Origin: Candidatus Poribacteria bacterium
Lineage (GTDB): Bacteria; Poribacteria; WGA-4E; PCPOR2b
Reading direction: 5' to 3'
Assembly: GCA_965208675.1 (NCBI GenBank)
Contig: OZ242351.1
Location: forward strand, 928,001-992,000
Length of the DNA stretch: 64,000 nt
A model generated the notes under the pieces. It was not told where the DNA came from. It saw nothing but the letters and a program-made list of their open reading frames with translations, and ran no database searches. Position 1 is the first letter of the stretch, and every line of letters begins with the position of its first letter. Below are positions 1 through 10,925 of the stretch, piece after piece. The position numbers and the translations under genes are program-made.

Positions 1-1332
1 GTCGAGCAGTTCTAGCGTGGATGGATCAGCCCAGTGCAGGTCCTCTACAATGAGCAAAACAGGCTGCCGGTTTGCCTGTCCTAGAAAAATCTCAAGCACG
101 GCTTCAAGCGTTTTTTGCCGCTGTTGCTGGGGGGTAAGAAATTGAGGCGGGTACCGGCCATCATCATATGGTATAGAGAGGAAAGAAGCAAACAGAGGAA
201 CGTTCTCTTCAACGGAGAGTTTTGAAAATGCAAGGAAATCTGTTAGTTTTGACAACTTTTTTCGCGGCGAATCCCCACGGTCAAACCCCAACACCGCACG
301 CTGGAACATGTCAATAATTGGGTAAAGGGCGCTGTTCTGATGGTATGGCGAACAGCGGCACTCAATTATCGGTGAATTCTCCCACCATGCATCCGAAATG
401 TCGTTTGGACGTTTCTCAGCGGATGTTCTACTTTTAACGTGCTCTTTTAGCATCTGCACCATCCGCGATTTGCCTATACCGGGTTCGCCGTTAAGTAGCA
501 CGACCTGCCCCGCGCCCTCTACACTCTGCTCCCAACGCTCCAGCAAAAGGCCGACGACCTGCTCGCGGCCTACCAGCGGCGTTAGTCCGGTAGCTGCCGC
601 CACATCAATGCGATTGCGAGCTTCACTCGCAATAACTTGATACACGCGAATCGGGTAGGATATTCCTTTGAGCGTTCGAGCGCCCAACGCTCGACATTCG
701 AAGAATCCCGCAATGAGTCTGTAAGTTGCTGCGCTAACCACTACGGTATGCGGTTCCGCAAGTTCCTGTAAACGCCCGGCGATGTTTGGGGTTTCACCTA
801 CGATTGCCATCAATTCCAACTCGCCGCTTTTGCCCATGTCTCCCGCTACCACCAACCCTGTGTGAATTCCAATGCGAACCTCCAACCGTAGTTCATTTTC
901 CTGTTGAAGGCGTGCATTCAAATTCTCCATTCCCTCAATGATCGCCAATCCCGCGCGCACCGCACGCTGGGCGTTGTCCTCGTGAGCATGGGGGTAACCG
1001 AAGTAGACTAGGAGCCCGTCACCGAAATAACGGGCGATATGCCCCTCGAAGCGCCTGATGGCTCTTGCACATACCGCTTGGTAGTCGCCGAGGACATCGC
1101 GTAACTCTTCAGGGTCGAGTCTCTCGGAGAGTGAGGTTGAGCCAGCCAGATCGCAGAACATTACTGTCAACTGGCGACGGTCCGCTTCAGGAATTTCACG
1201 CGGACTCGAGGCGGTTTTGGCGGACGTTTCGGCAGGCGGCGCAGGTGCCGCGCGAGAATTGAGTTTCGTGCCGCAATTCATGCAGAATTGGGCTTCTTTG
1301 GGGTTGGCATGTTCACAAATCTGGCATCGCAT
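1..1332 (-). CDS. Double zinc-ribbon + class III adenylate/guanylate cyclase + AAA/STAND ATPase protein (3' end outside window)
   Basis: Not in ORF track because it runs off the edge. Manual translation from ATG at 1332: MRCQICEHANPKEAQFCMNCG (zinc ribbon), RRQLTVMFCDLAGST and YFGDGLLVYFGYP (cyclase), GEPGIGKS Walker A, IVEDLHWADPSTLELL Walker B. Confidence 0.9.
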   Translation of the reverse strand, partial: MRCQICEHANPKEAQFCMNCGTKLNSRAAPAPPAETSAKTASSPREIPEADRRQLTVMFCDLAGSTSLSERLDPEELRDVLGDYQAVCARAIRRFEGHIARYFGDGLLVYFGYPHAHEDNAQRAVRAGLAIIEGMENLNARLQQENELRLEVRIGIHTGLVVAGDMGKSGELELMAIVGETPNIAGRLQELAEPHTVVVSAATYRLIAGFFECRALGARTLKGISYPIRVYQVIASEARNRIDVAAATGLTPLVGREQVVGLLLERWEQSVEGAGQVVLLNGEPGIGKSRMVQMLKEHVKSRTSAEKRPNDISDAWWENSPIIECRCSPYHQNSALYPIIDMFQRAVLGFDRGDSPRKKLSKLTDFLAFSKLSVEENVPLFASFLSIPYDDGRYPPQFLTPQQQRQKTLEAVLEIFLGQANRQPVLLIVEDLHWADPSTLELLD

Positions 1333-1389
1333 ACGCTAAACTCCAATAAGGGCAAGATGCTCAACTCTAATACACAATGAATTGTGCGT

Positions 1390-2826
1390 TTACCACCACC
1401 CGAGAAACTTCCACCACATCATGCCGACGCTCAACCAGATTGCTAAATGAAAGACAGACACCAAGAATCCGACACCGAACCATTTCGGCTGGGGTACGTA
1501 TCCGAGTCCAAAATAGATAATTAAGGGTCCGGTGGAATAATTTGTCACGCATCCGCACAAATTAGAAAAGTAAGCCAGTATCGCAACGGTTAGCATCGCA
1601 GGCGCACCAACTCCTAACGCTACCGCGAAAAAAGCGGCAACCATTGCAGCGATATGCGCGGTCAACATGGAAAAAAAGTACATTGAATAAAAGTAAATCA
1701 GTGCGAGGCTGATAATGATGGCTATACCGCTTAGGTCTTCAACCAAAAACTTCATGTTGCTTGCAAACCAATCGATGAATTCATAGGTCTTGAGACTGTT
1801 CGCCATAGTTAATAAGCCGCCCAGCCAGATTAGCGTATCCCATGCCTTGTCATTCCCCGTGATATCCTCCCAACTCTCGGTACGCGTTAAAAGCAATAGA
1901 CTGACGCCTATCCAAGCCACAAGCGTCGTGCTCATGCCGTGCAGGGCTTTTGTCGTCCACATGCCCAAGAGTATGATGAAGACCGCGCACATCACCTTTT
2001 CGCCAGATGACCACGGCCCCATCCTACGGAGTTCGTCTTGCGCCGTTTCTTGGGCGGCGTGCGTGTCCTTTAGTGTCGGTTTTGCGAGAAAATAGATTAC
2101 AATCGGGAGTAAACTTAATCCTACGAGTCCCGGAACGATTGCGCCGAGCGCCCATGTACCCCAACCGAAGTCAATTGCAAACACATCGCTTGCGGCCTTT
2201 TTGACGAGAGGATTCGCAGCCATTCCCGTCAGGAACATTGCCGCGGCGATAAGATTGGCATGGGCGCCGACCAGTGTCAAATACTCCCCAGCACGTTTGG
2301 GTTCTTTTTCCGGACGGGAATCTAGGGCTTCCGCTAAAGAACGCATAATCGGCGCCAATACTCCGCCGCCGCGAGCGGTGTTTGAGGGAACGAACGGCCC
2401 AAGCAGCAACTCCGCGCCGCACAAAGAATAGCCTAATCCCAAGATTGATTTTCCCAGCCAACTTACGAGCGTCAAAGCCAATCGGCGGCCAAAACCGGTG
2501 CGCACAACGCCGCCGGCAATCAGGAATGCGGCGACGACTAACCAAACTGTGCTGTCCGCATATCCTGCAAGTGCTTCGGATACCGTTAGCGTCTTGGTCG
2601 CCATCAGCACAACCAGTCCAAATAAGACCATCGGCCCATTTGGAAAGGGACGCAAAATGAAACCGACAATCACCGTGATAAACACGGCAAAGATTTTCCA
2701 ACCTTTCAAGTATAGTTCGCTTGGGTCAACCTCACGCGGCGCCGGAACCACCCACCACAGTATGAGCAGAAGGAGAACGCAGCCGCCAAGGCTTACGATA
2801 GGATGCTTCAGTATGTTGACTGGCAA
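1390..2826 (-). CDS. DASS family anion transporter (2-oxoglutarate/malate translocator / CitT-like)
   Basis: Highly hydrophobic; PSNTARGGG, MFLTGMAANP and WDTLIWLG motifs; ends WWKFLGWW. Start moved from ORF-track 2943 (overlaps thiolase) to TTG at 2826 behind a GGAGG RBS. Confidence 0.88.
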   Translation of the reverse strand: MPVNILKHPIVSLGGCVLLLLILWWVVPAPREVDPSELYLKGWKIFAVFITVIVGFILRPFPNGPMVLFGLVVLMATKTLTVSEALAGYADSTVWLVVAAFLIAGGVVRTGFGRRLALTLVSWLGKSILGLGYSLCGAELLLGPFVPSNTARGGGVLAPIMRSLAEALDSRPEKEPKRAGEYLTLVGAHANLIAAAMFLTGMAANPLVKKAASDVFAIDFGWGTWALGAIVPGLVGLSLLPIVIYFLAKPTLKDTHAAQETAQDELRRMGPWSSGEKVMCAVFIILLGMWTTKALHGMSTTLVAWIGVSLLLLTRTESWEDITGNDKAWDTLIWLGGLLTMANSLKTYEFIDWFASNMKFLVEDLSGIAIIISLALIYFYSMYFFSMLTAHIAAMVAAFFAVALGVGAPAMLTVAILAYFSNLCGCVTNYSTGPLIIYFGLGYVPQPKWFGVGFLVSVFHLAIWLSVGMMWWKFLGWW

Positions 2827-2869
2827 AGACCCATTCCTCCGATTTATGTGCAGCGGAAAAACATCTGCA

Positions 2870-4045
2870 TTACAGGCATTCAAAAATTCCTGCCGCGCCC
2901 ATTCCGCCGCCGATGCACATCGTGACCATGCCGTAGCGTGCATTCCGCCGGCGCATTTCGTTAATTAGCGTGATTGATAGCTTTGTACCAGTGCATCCAA
3001 GCGGGTGTCCCAGCGCAATGGCGTTGCCATTGACGTTGACTTTATCGATTGGAAGATTGAGTTCGTTGATTACCGCAAGCGCCTGTACCGCAAACGCTTC
3101 GTTCAGTTCAATCAGATCGATGTCGTCGAGCGTCAGCCCTGTGAATTTCAACGCTTTTGGAACAGCCGCAACCGGTCCAATTCCCATGATTTCTGGCGGG
3201 ACACCCGCAGTGGCATAACCAACAAACCGAGCAATCGGTTCGCATCCGAGTTCCGCGGCTTTCTCCGCAGACATAAGCACGACCGCCGCCGCACCGTCGC
3301 TCATCTGGGATGAGTTTCCGGCGGTGACACTGCCGTCCTCGCGAAATACAGGTTTGAGTTTTGCCAATGCCTGAATGGATGTATCTCGCCGAACGCCTTC
3401 GTCAACGGTGAATTCAAAGGTCCGCGTTTCTTGCACGCCGTTTTCATTCGCATGTGTTTCTGTCACGGAGACCGGTAGGATTTCATCCTGGAACTTGCCT
3501 GCATCGATTGCATCAGCCGCTTTCTGGTGGCTGGACATCGCGAACGCGTCCTGAGTTTCACGCGAGATACTGTATTTGCGTACTAGATTCTCGGCAGTCA
3601 GGCCCATACTCAAATATACATCGGGATAGTGCTCAACCAAGTATGGGTTCGGTGCCGACGTGATGTCGTAAGGAACGAAACTCATGCTTTCCGTTCCTCC
3701 AGCTACCACTACGTCAGCGAACCCGCACATAATACGTTCCGCCCCCATGGCAATCGTCTGCAAACCTGAAGCACAAAAACGGTTCACGGTCATTGCAGGA
3801 ACAGAAACCGGTATACCCGCACGTACGCAGGCAATTCGCGCGACATTCACCCCCTGCGGGCCTTCGGGCATGGCGCAGCCAATAATTACGTCGTCGATTT
3901 CTTCGGCATCAAGGTTCGGCACCCGATTGATAGCTTCTTTAATAACAAATGCAGCGAGATCGTCTGGGCGCGTATCTTTTAGCGAGCCGCGGTTTGCTTT
4001 TCCAACAGCCGTACGTACCCCCGCTGCAATAACTGCTGAATTCAT
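2870..4045 (-). CDS. fadA: Acetyl-CoA C-acyltransferase (thiolase)
   Basis: NRFCASG catalytic Cys, NEAFA, GHPLG, CIGGGMG; adjacent to 3-hydroxyacyl-CoA dehydrogenase. Confidence 0.93.
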   Translation of the reverse strand: MNSAVIAAGVRTAVGKANRGSLKDTRPDDLAAFVIKEAINRVPNLDAEEIDDVIIGCAMPEGPQGVNVARIACVRAGIPVSVPAMTVNRFCASGLQTIAMGAERIMCGFADVVVAGGTESMSFVPYDITSAPNPYLVEHYPDVYLSMGLTAENLVRKYSISRETQDAFAMSSHQKAADAIDAGKFQDEILPVSVTETHANENGVQETRTFEFTVDEGVRRDTSIQALAKLKPVFREDGSVTAGNSSQMSDGAAAVVLMSAEKAAELGCEPIARFVGYATAGVPPEIMGIGPVAAVPKALKFTGLTLDDIDLIELNEAFAVQALAVINELNLPIDKVNVNGNAIALGHPLGCTGTKLSITLINEMRRRNARYGMVTMCIGGGMGAAGIFECL

Positions 4046-4225
4046 TCATTCACTCCTAAACGTCGTTTTGGAATCGGAAAAGATATTTGAATCGCTCGGA
4101 AAACAACAATGTTTTAAACCTCTGAATCTTCATCTTTCCATCTGCACATGATGCTAATTTGGTTTGTTATTCATCGCCAACAACCAGTTACGCTCACTAT
4201 GCAGAACTCTCGTGTATTTTTTGTC

Positions 4226-6661
4226 TCAATTGCGAAGCGGCTTCCCTGTCTTTAAGGTAAACTCAATCCGATTCTGTGTCTTCTCCTCCCCGCACAGGCT
4301 AATAAACGCCTCTCGCTCAAGGTCGAGTATGTACGACTCGGAAACACGCTGCGGCGATGTAAGTTCACCGCCGCACAAAACGTAGGCGAGTTTGTTCAGG
4401 ACAGCGGCGTCATGCTCGCTGATATAATCAGCGCTACGCATCTGATGAATCTCCAGCTTGAGTTGCGCGAGTCCGTTACTTCCCGGCACCAACATCTCTC
4501 GCGGCTGCGGTTGGTGGTAGCCCTTCGCGGCGATTGAATGCACCATCTCTTTTGCATCGTAGAGATGGCGCCTGCGGTTTATTGAAATGTAATCCGTATT
4601 GCGAAGATACCCTAGCTGCCTCGCGTGTTGGCCGCTCTCGGACACGCTTGAGCGGGAAATCGTCTCAAAAGCACGCTTGAGGTACGGTAATCCCTCCACG
4701 CCGGAATCAATTGGCAGATTATCTTGGCAACGGAGAATCATCTCCTTTGTGCCGCCCGCACCCGGGATGAGTCCGACACGCACCTCGACCAAACCCATAT
4801 AAGTTTCTGCAGCGGCGCAGACCGCATCCGAATTGAGAACAACCTCACACCCGCCGCCGTACGTCATTCCCGATGGGGCGGATACGACGGGTTTCGGCGA
4901 ACTCCGCAGCGACATATTCGCCGTCTGGAAATTCAGGAGGATTTCGTCAATTGCGTCCCAATATTTGTTCCTCGCCTTTTCAAGCACCAAGACAAGGTTT
5001 AACCCCACCGAAAAGTTGTCACTGTGGTTGCCGATGACGAGTCCGACAAAGTTCCGATCGACCTCGTCGAGGGCGTTTAGCATCATCTCAAGCGTGGAAG
5101 TATTGATAATATTCATCTTGCTGTGGAACTCAAGGCAAGCTACGCCATCCCCAATATCAATTAGGCTGGCATCAGCATTGGATTGCACTGTCTTGCCGTC
5201 TGATCGGAGGTCCGAGAGAACGATGTCCTCTGAAGGAGTGTCGGTCTCTTGATAACTATTCGACCCGAGATCGAAATAAGCGCTCTTGGCGTGCGAATCT
5301 CCCGGATTGACCGCCCTGTAAAAGGACGTGTACCCCGAATCCAACAGATTGGCGGCGAGCGGCGGAATTAAACCGCCCTCGGACTGCATTCGTTCAACGG
5401 ATTCCGGCACGCCGATTGCATCCCAAATCTCAAACACGCCAAGCTCCCAATTGAAACCCCATTTCATGGCTTTGTCGACGCTCGCCAAATCATCCGAGAT
5501 TTCGGGGATACACGACGCAGCATAGCGCATTAAGTTACTCAGACTTTTCCACACTAACTGCCCTTCCCGGCTGTCGTTGTCCGTAAGTTCCTTGATTCGC
5601 GCTGCGGCATCCCTAATTCGCTTTATTGAGTCGAGCGTGCGAGATTGCATACTTTCACGAGGTACATATTCAAGTGTATTGTAGTTCAACGTCAAGATCT
5701 CACTGCCTTTTTCACCGGGACTTTTATGATAAAACCCTCGCCCTGTTTTGTCACCAAGCCAATTCCTCTCGATCATCTGCAAAACGAAATCCGGCACATG
5801 AAAAACCTCACGCCGTTCATCGTCAGGCAACGCTGTGTTAAGATTTTTTGCCATATCCACAAGAATATCAATCCCAATGAGATCGCCCAGCCGGAAGGTG
5901 GCGCTTCGCGGCCGCCCAATTAGAGGCCCTGTAATCGCATCGACCTCATCAATGGTATAATCCTCTTGAAGCATCAAATGGATAGTGTGCATCATTGCAA
6001 AGGTGCCAATCCGGTTGGCGATGAAGTTGGGCGTATCCTTGCAACGCACAATCCCTTTTCCGAGTATCCGTTCTCCGAAATCGGCGGCAAAATCAACCAG
6101 ATTCGCTCGAGTCTTCGCTGTTGGAATAATTTCAAGCAGGTGCATGTACCGCGGCGGGTTAAAGAAATGTGTGCCTAAAAAGCACTCCTGAAAGGTTGCA
6201 GAGCGCCCTTCGGAAAGGGCTTTGATGGAGATGCCAGATGTGTTAGAACTTACGAGCGTGCCGCGTCTACGGTGCCGGTCGATTAATTCGTGAACCTGTT
6301 TTTTTACCTGCAAATTTTCGGTGACTGCCTCAACAATCCAGTCCGCCTCAGCCAACCGGTCGGCGTGGTCGCTAAGGTTTCCCGCCCGAATCAACCGCGC
6401 CGCGTCGCGAACATAGAGCGGTGAACGGGTTTTCGCGTTTTTCATCCGATCCAGTGCAGACGCCGCGATTCGATTCCGCTCAACAGAGCCGCCGAAATTT
6501 TCATCCTTCATGCCGCCTTCGCTCGCGACGCCAGTGGGAACAACGTCCAACAAGTCGCACGGGATACCAACGTTGGCGAAATGGGCGGCAATCTGTGACC
6601 CCATCGTTCCGGCACCTAATACTGCAACTCTTTTTATTTTGCGATATAATTCTACGTGCAA
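4226..6661 (-). CDS. fadN: 3-hydroxyacyl-CoA dehydrogenase / enoyl-CoA hydratase (FadN type)
   Basis: GAGTMG Rossmann, SNTSG, HFFNPPRYM, PNFIANRIG, C-terminal crotonase GGGCE...GLIPGAGG, ends GKPLRN. Confidence 0.92.
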   Translation of the reverse strand: MHVELYRKIKRVAVLGAGTMGSQIAAHFANVGIPCDLLDVVPTGVASEGGMKDENFGGSVERNRIAASALDRMKNAKTRSPLYVRDAARLIRAGNLSDHADRLAEADWIVEAVTENLQVKKQVHELIDRHRRRGTLVSSNTSGISIKALSEGRSATFQECFLGTHFFNPPRYMHLLEIIPTAKTRANLVDFAADFGERILGKGIVRCKDTPNFIANRIGTFAMMHTIHLMLQEDYTIDEVDAITGPLIGRPRSATFRLGDLIGIDILVDMAKNLNTALPDDERREVFHVPDFVLQMIERNWLGDKTGRGFYHKSPGEKGSEILTLNYNTLEYVPRESMQSRTLDSIKRIRDAAARIKELTDNDSREGQLVWKSLSNLMRYAASCIPEISDDLASVDKAMKWGFNWELGVFEIWDAIGVPESVERMQSEGGLIPPLAANLLDSGYTSFYRAVNPGDSHAKSAYFDLGSNSYQETDTPSEDIVLSDLRSDGKTVQSNADASLIDIGDGVACLEFHSKMNIINTSTLEMMLNALDEVDRNFVGLVIGNHSDNFSVGLNLVLVLEKARNKYWDAIDEILLNFQTANMSLRSSPKPVVSAPSGMTYGGGCEVVLNSDAVCAAAETYMGLVEVRVGLIPGAGGTKEMILRCQDNLPIDSGVEGLPYLKRAFETISRSSVSESGQHARQLGYLRNTDYISINRRRHLYDAKEMVHSIAAKGYHQPQPREMLVPGSNGLAQLKLEIHQMRSADYISEHDAAVLNKLAYVLCGGELTSPQRVSESYILDLEREAFISLCGEEKTQNRIEFTLKTGKPLRN

Positions 6662-6672
6662 TTTATTCGCCT

Positions 6673-8139
6673 CTACATAGAATCCTCAATACTATCTCTA
6701 CTGAATCGGGTGAGTGCATCGCCCATTTTGTCTTGTAGGGCCCGGCGTAAATTTGCAGAACCTTTGAAATTACTCATCAGGACGGCAAACGCCAGAATTT
6801 CGCCGTCTGCAGTCATAGTATAACCAGCGAGTGTCGAAACGCCTCTCATCGTACCCGTTTTCGCACGTAAGATGCCGCCTGCTCTCATGTCGTTCATCCG
6901 CCGTTTTAACGTCCCATCAACGCCCGCAATAGGCAGCGATGCAAGATAGTCGGGCATCATTGCAAAATTACTGAACATATAAGATAACAGATTCGTCAAG
7001 GCCGAAGCCGTGACTAGATTGTATCGGGAAACGCCCGACCCGTCAGCTAAGGTGTACCGTGAATTGTCCAACCCAATCTCGCTCAAAAACTCGCCGATAG
7101 CGACAATCCCTTTTTGCGCTGTACCGGGTGCGCCCTTTAACTCCGCGCCAACCGTTTTTAGGATGAGTTCCGCTGTTAAATTATCGCTAGATTTGTTCAT
7201 CCCCCAGAGAATGCGAGATAGCGGCACTGATTCATGGTTGGCGATTTTCAACGCCCTTTCGGGAACAACACCGTGACGTACCCTCCCCCGAAACATGATG
7301 CCTTTCTGCGCAAGCATCTCCTTCAATAGCGTCCCGCAATAAAGCGCGGGATCGACGACATCCACCTGTCGATTGACGTCAGCTTGTCCAATTTCCATTG
7401 ATCCGCGGATGGTCAACACATTTGCCTCCACCGGCTTCCACTGTCGTTTAATGCTCAATCTTGTGGCGTCTGAAGCGGTGACGGTCGCCGCCTCATTGAC
7501 AATTTTCATGTATCGCGTGGGCGGTTCAAGATGCACGTCAACGGGATCGTCTATATTGCGGCCCGGCGACACGCGGACGCGAACGCCGTTGTGATTGATG
7601 GTTAACGCGCTAAAATGCGAGTAATATCCGCCTAGGGGGCCGTCGTCCCACATCCACCCTTTCCCCCGCCGGATATCGTCGAAATAAGACTCATCCACAA
7701 CAATATCGCCGTCTACAGATTTAACACCCATCGCGGTCAGCTTTTCAGTAAATTCTTCCAGATCGCCGCTCTCGAACCTTGGGTCGCCCCGACCTTTGAG
7801 GTAAAGATTCCCCATGACGTTACCATCTTCGACACCATCCGCAAACAGGTTAGTGTGGAAACGATAGTTTGGCCCCAGTTTGGCGAGCGCCGCCGCAGCG
7901 GTAATCAATTTCATCGTCGAAGCCGGATGATACAGTTTATCGGCATCATTTTCATAAATTACTCTGCCGTTCGACAACGATACGACTTTAACCCCGACAT
8001 TTGAAGCGGCGAGCAGCGGGTCGCCCAAAATCGTTTCAATTTCACTCGCTAATACATGGGTCGGTTCAATCGGTGTTGGTGAGGAAACCGTCGCGCAACC
8101 GATGAGAACAACCAATAAACACAACAAAAACAGCGGCAT
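6673..8139 (-). CDS. dacB: D-alanyl-D-alanine carboxypeptidase/endopeptidase (PBP4, peptidase S13), probable lipoprotein
   Basis: PASTMK (SxxK), SDN (SxN), DGSGVSRYN, KTGT. Start at ATG 8139 gives a signal peptide with LIGC lipobox. Confidence 0.9.
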   Translation of the reverse strand: MPLFLLCLLVVLIGCATVSSPTPIEPTHVLASEIETILGDPLLAASNVGVKVVSLSNGRVIYENDADKLYHPASTMKLITAAAALAKLGPNYRFHTNLFADGVEDGNVMGNLYLKGRGDPRFESGDLEEFTEKLTAMGVKSVDGDIVVDESYFDDIRRGKGWMWDDGPLGGYYSHFSALTINHNGVRVRVSPGRNIDDPVDVHLEPPTRYMKIVNEAATVTASDATRLSIKRQWKPVEANVLTIRGSMEIGQADVNRQVDVVDPALYCGTLLKEMLAQKGIMFRGRVRHGVVPERALKIANHESVPLSRILWGMNKSSDNLTAELILKTVGAELKGAPGTAQKGIVAIGEFLSEIGLDNSRYTLADGSGVSRYNLVTASALTNLLSYMFSNFAMMPDYLASLPIAGVDGTLKRRMNDMRAGGILRAKTGTMRGVSTLAGYTMTADGEILAFAVLMSNFKGSANLRRALQDKMGDALTRFSRDSIEDSM

Positions 8140-8424
8140 ATAGGTGGTGCCGGTGCCCGTTCGTTTCTTAAAGGTGACTCCCTTTATCCGGAGAATTTTA
8201 AACATGTTAACCGCCCGTAATTGAAGGTGAATTCGCCGAGGTATGTTCTCACATAAGCGGTATGAAGTCAAGGTCTTTTTCGGCGGCGGCAATCCGTTAC
8301 TGTACCCATGCACGGTGATATGCTACAATAGAATGCACGTTGTATGAGGTTGTCGATACAACCCCGATTTCGAAATAGATTTAGGCATTGATTCACAAAT
8401 TGGCATGAAAGGCGAAATGTACTT

Positions 8425-8548
8425 TATAGCCGTTTACATTCATATTTACACAGATTTAGATACCCCCCTGATAAGGGGGGCTAGGGGGTTGACACCTCTT
8501 TTTGATCGGATTGAAGGTAATGTGTAAATTTTAGTTGCAGTGACTATA
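8425..8548. repeat. ~124-bp MITE-like element, copy 1
   Basis: Imperfect 28-nt terminal inverted repeats TATAGCCGTTTACATTCATATTTACACA / TGTGTAAATTTTAGTTGCAGTGACTATA; internal CCCCCCTGATAAGGGGGG hairpin; second copy at about 33002-33107. Confidence 0.75.
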
Positions 8549-8567
8549 AGCAAGGAGAAAACCCAAT

Positions 8568-9626
8568 ATGGCATACCCATTAAAAGTTGGCATCATCGGC
8601 GTTGGGGGTATCGCCCGCACCCACGTACCGGGTTGGAACGCCTCGCCGCACGCCGATTTGGCGGCTGGTTGTGATATCAGAGATGATGTCGTCAAACACT
8701 GGGGCGAAGCAAACCAAATAAAAAAACTGGCGACCAATCCGGAAGATCTCTTCAACGATGCGGATATTGATATCATTGATGTATGCACGCCGAACATGTA
8801 TCACGCGCCGCTGGCAGTTGCAGCGCTTGAATCGGGAAAACATGTCATCTGCGAAAAACCTTTGGCGCCGACTCCGCAAGACATCTACAAAATGATCGAA
8901 GCCCGCAATCAGTCCGGAAAGATGCTCATGACGGCACAGCATTTCCGGTTTGAACCTAAATCGAAAGCCGTGAAAGCCGAAATAGACAGGGGTGTGCTCG
9001 GCGACGTATACCATGCGCGCAGTTGGATGCTGCGCCGTAACGGTTTCTCACCAGGACCGGGATTCGTCCTCAAGAAAAACAGCGGCGGGGGACCATGCAT
9101 CGACATCGGCGTTCATATTTTGGATTTAACCCTCTGGTTCATGGGCAATCCGCAGCCAGCCGCTGTGACGGGGGTAGCACGGGCTGAGCTCGCACATCGA
9201 AAGGGCGCTTTCTGCGCATGGGGCGGCGAGATTCCGGAAGCGTTCGATGTCGAAGATTTTGCGGCGGCGTTCGTACGATTTGAGAACGGCGCCACCCTAA
9301 TCCTAGAGGTGAGTTGGCTGCTCCACCACGATATACGCGGCGAGGATATGCAGATGTGGCTTTACGGGACGGATGCCGGCGCACACTGGCCCAAATGCGA
9401 GTTTCTTGAGAGCAATGCCGCGACGAAGCAGCATTTCAATCGATCCTTACAACTTTTCCCAAATCTACTGGAACCGCATGCACAGGAGTGCGTCGAGTTT
9501 GCGCAGGCGATTGCAGAAGGCGCGCCCTCACCCGTGCCTGCCGAACAGTCGCTGCAGGTGATTTCCATTCTGGACGGCATCTACAGGAGCCAAGAACAGG
9601 GTGGAGAAGTGCGAGTCAATGCGTAG
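8568..9626 (+). CDS. Gfo/Idh/MocA family oxidoreductase
   Basis: GIIGVGGIA Rossmann, CEKP, GGGPCIDIGVH; AGGAGA RBS upstream. Confidence 0.92.
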   Translation: MAYPLKVGIIGVGGIARTHVPGWNASPHADLAAGCDIRDDVVKHWGEANQIKKLATNPEDLFNDADIDIIDVCTPNMYHAPLAVAALESGKHVICEKPLAPTPQDIYKMIEARNQSGKMLMTAQHFRFEPKSKAVKAEIDRGVLGDVYHARSWMLRRNGFSPGPGFVLKKNSGGGPCIDIGVHILDLTLWFMGNPQPAAVTGVARAELAHRKGAFCAWGGEIPEAFDVEDFAAAFVRFENGATLILEVSWLLHHDIRGEDMQMWLYGTDAGAHWPKCEFLESNAATKQHFNRSLQLFPNLLEPHAQECVEFAQAIAEGAPSPVPAEQSLQVISILDGIYRSQEQGGEVRVNA

Positions 9627-9627
9627 T

Positions 9628-9725
9628 GTAGCAGGCAATCTCCGAGTGACGTGTCTTTAAAGTAGTAGGCATACTCCGTATGCCGTCATTTTAAAGTAGC
9701 AGGCACACGGCGTGTGCCTGCTACT
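9628..9725. repeat. Cluster of three GTAG-type REP-like palindromes between convergent genes
   Basis: GTAG(C/T)AGGCA(C/T)AC-nnn-GT(G/A)TGCC units; last is a perfect 14-bp-arm palindrome (9695-9725). Confidence 0.85.
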
Positions 9726-9734
9726 ATGGTGCGC

Positions 9735-10925
9735 TCAAACGACTTTATCCCCGCGCAACTCCGTTATCGCATCGTCATCAAAGCCAAGTATTTCCTTGAG
9801 AACTTCAGCCGTGTGCTGGCCCAGCGTGGGCGGCGGCAGACGCATCTCGGCAGGGGTCATCGACAGTTTGAACGGCGTGCCGGCGAGTTTCACGCTGCCC
9901 GCAGATGGGTGCGGCATCTCGACGGTCATTTCCCGTGCGGCTGCCTGCGGGTCGGCGAACACGCTGTCAAGTGTGTTAACTGGTCCCGCAGGAACGTCGG
10001 CATCCGCGCAGATTTGCAGCCATTCGGCAACAGTCTTCCGGCGGAACAAGTTCTCCAACATAGGTATCAATACGTCCCGGTGTGCGACGCGCTGCGGGTT
10101 GGACGCAAACCGAGAATCCTTCCCCCATGCACTCACACCCGCCGCTTCACAGAATCGCTGCCATTGTCCGTCGTTGCCGATGGCTAAGGTAAGAAAATCG
10201 TCCGCCGCTTGAAACGCCTGATACGGAACGATGCTGGCGTGTGCGTTTCCCCAGCGCAGCGGCGTCTCGCCAGAACAGAGGTAACTGCTGCCGACGTTTG
10301 CCAGTAGTGCAATTTGCGAATCGAACAGGGATATATCAAGATGCTGCCCTTCACCGCTGCGTTCACGAGAATACAGTGCGGCAAGTATGGCATTGCACGC
10401 GAACAGCGCAGCCGCAACATCAACAATGGCAACCCCTACCTTCATGGGTGTCCCGCCGCGCTCGCCGGTGATGGACATAAACCCGCCGCGTCCCTGAATC
10501 AGCGAATCGTATCCCGCTAACTCACGGTCGGGACCGGTGTGCCCGAAACCGCTAATGGAGCAGTAAATTAATCGAGGATTAATTTCTTTGAGTTCGATGT
10601 ACCCTAAACCGAGTTGGTCGGCGCCTCCGATTCGAAAGTTCTCGATTAACACATCGCTGTTGCGCGCTAAATCCTGCGCAATGGCGGCGGCTCGCCTGTC
10701 CTTGAGGTTGAGGGTGATGCTTTTCTTGTTGCGGTTGCAGCATAGGTAATATGCCGACTCGCCGCCGACAAACGGGGGGCCCCATTGCCGTGTTTCGTCG
10801 CCGGCATCCGGACGCTCGACTTTGATAACTTCCGCGCCCAGATCGCCCAACATCATCGCGCAATAGGGACCGGCTAAATGCCGCGACAATTCCAGCACGC
10901 GCACGCCATCGAGCGCACCTGCCAT
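9735..10925 (-). CDS. CaiB/BaiF family (class III) CoA-transferase
   Basis: LAGPYCAMMLGDLGAEVIKVE, NRNKKS, DVLIENFR, PPPTLGQHT. Confidence 0.93.
   Translation of the reverse strand: MAGALDGVRVLELSRHLAGPYCAMMLGDLGAEVIKVERPDAGDETRQWGPPFVGGESAYYLCCNRNKKSITLNLKDRRAAAIAQDLARNSDVLIENFRIGGADQLGLGYIELKEINPRLIYCSISGFGHTGPDRELAGYDSLIQGRGGFMSITGERGGTPMKVGVAIVDVAAALFACNAILAALYSRERSGEGQHLDISLFDSQIALLANVGSSYLCSGETPLRWGNAHASIVPYQAFQAADDFLTLAIGNDGQWQRFCEAAGVSAWGKDSRFASNPQRVAHRDVLIPMLENLFRRKTVAEWLQICADADVPAGPVNTLDSVFADPQAAAREMTVEMPHPSAGSVKLAGTPFKLSMTPAEMRLPPPTLGQHTAEVLKEILGFDDDAITELRGDKVV

Noticed and set aside
8140-8313. N-terminal extensions in the ORF track (dacB, DASS, nadE, yvcK, LamG genes, GxxExxY)
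   Set aside because: Downstream starts have better RBS, signal peptides or paralog alignment; the extensions overlap neighbours or repeats.
9628-9725. Three ~34-nt-spaced palindromes as a mini-CRISPR
   Set aside because: Gaps are only about 10 nt, copies are dispersed and inverted elsewhere, and they start with GTAG, which is typical of REPs.
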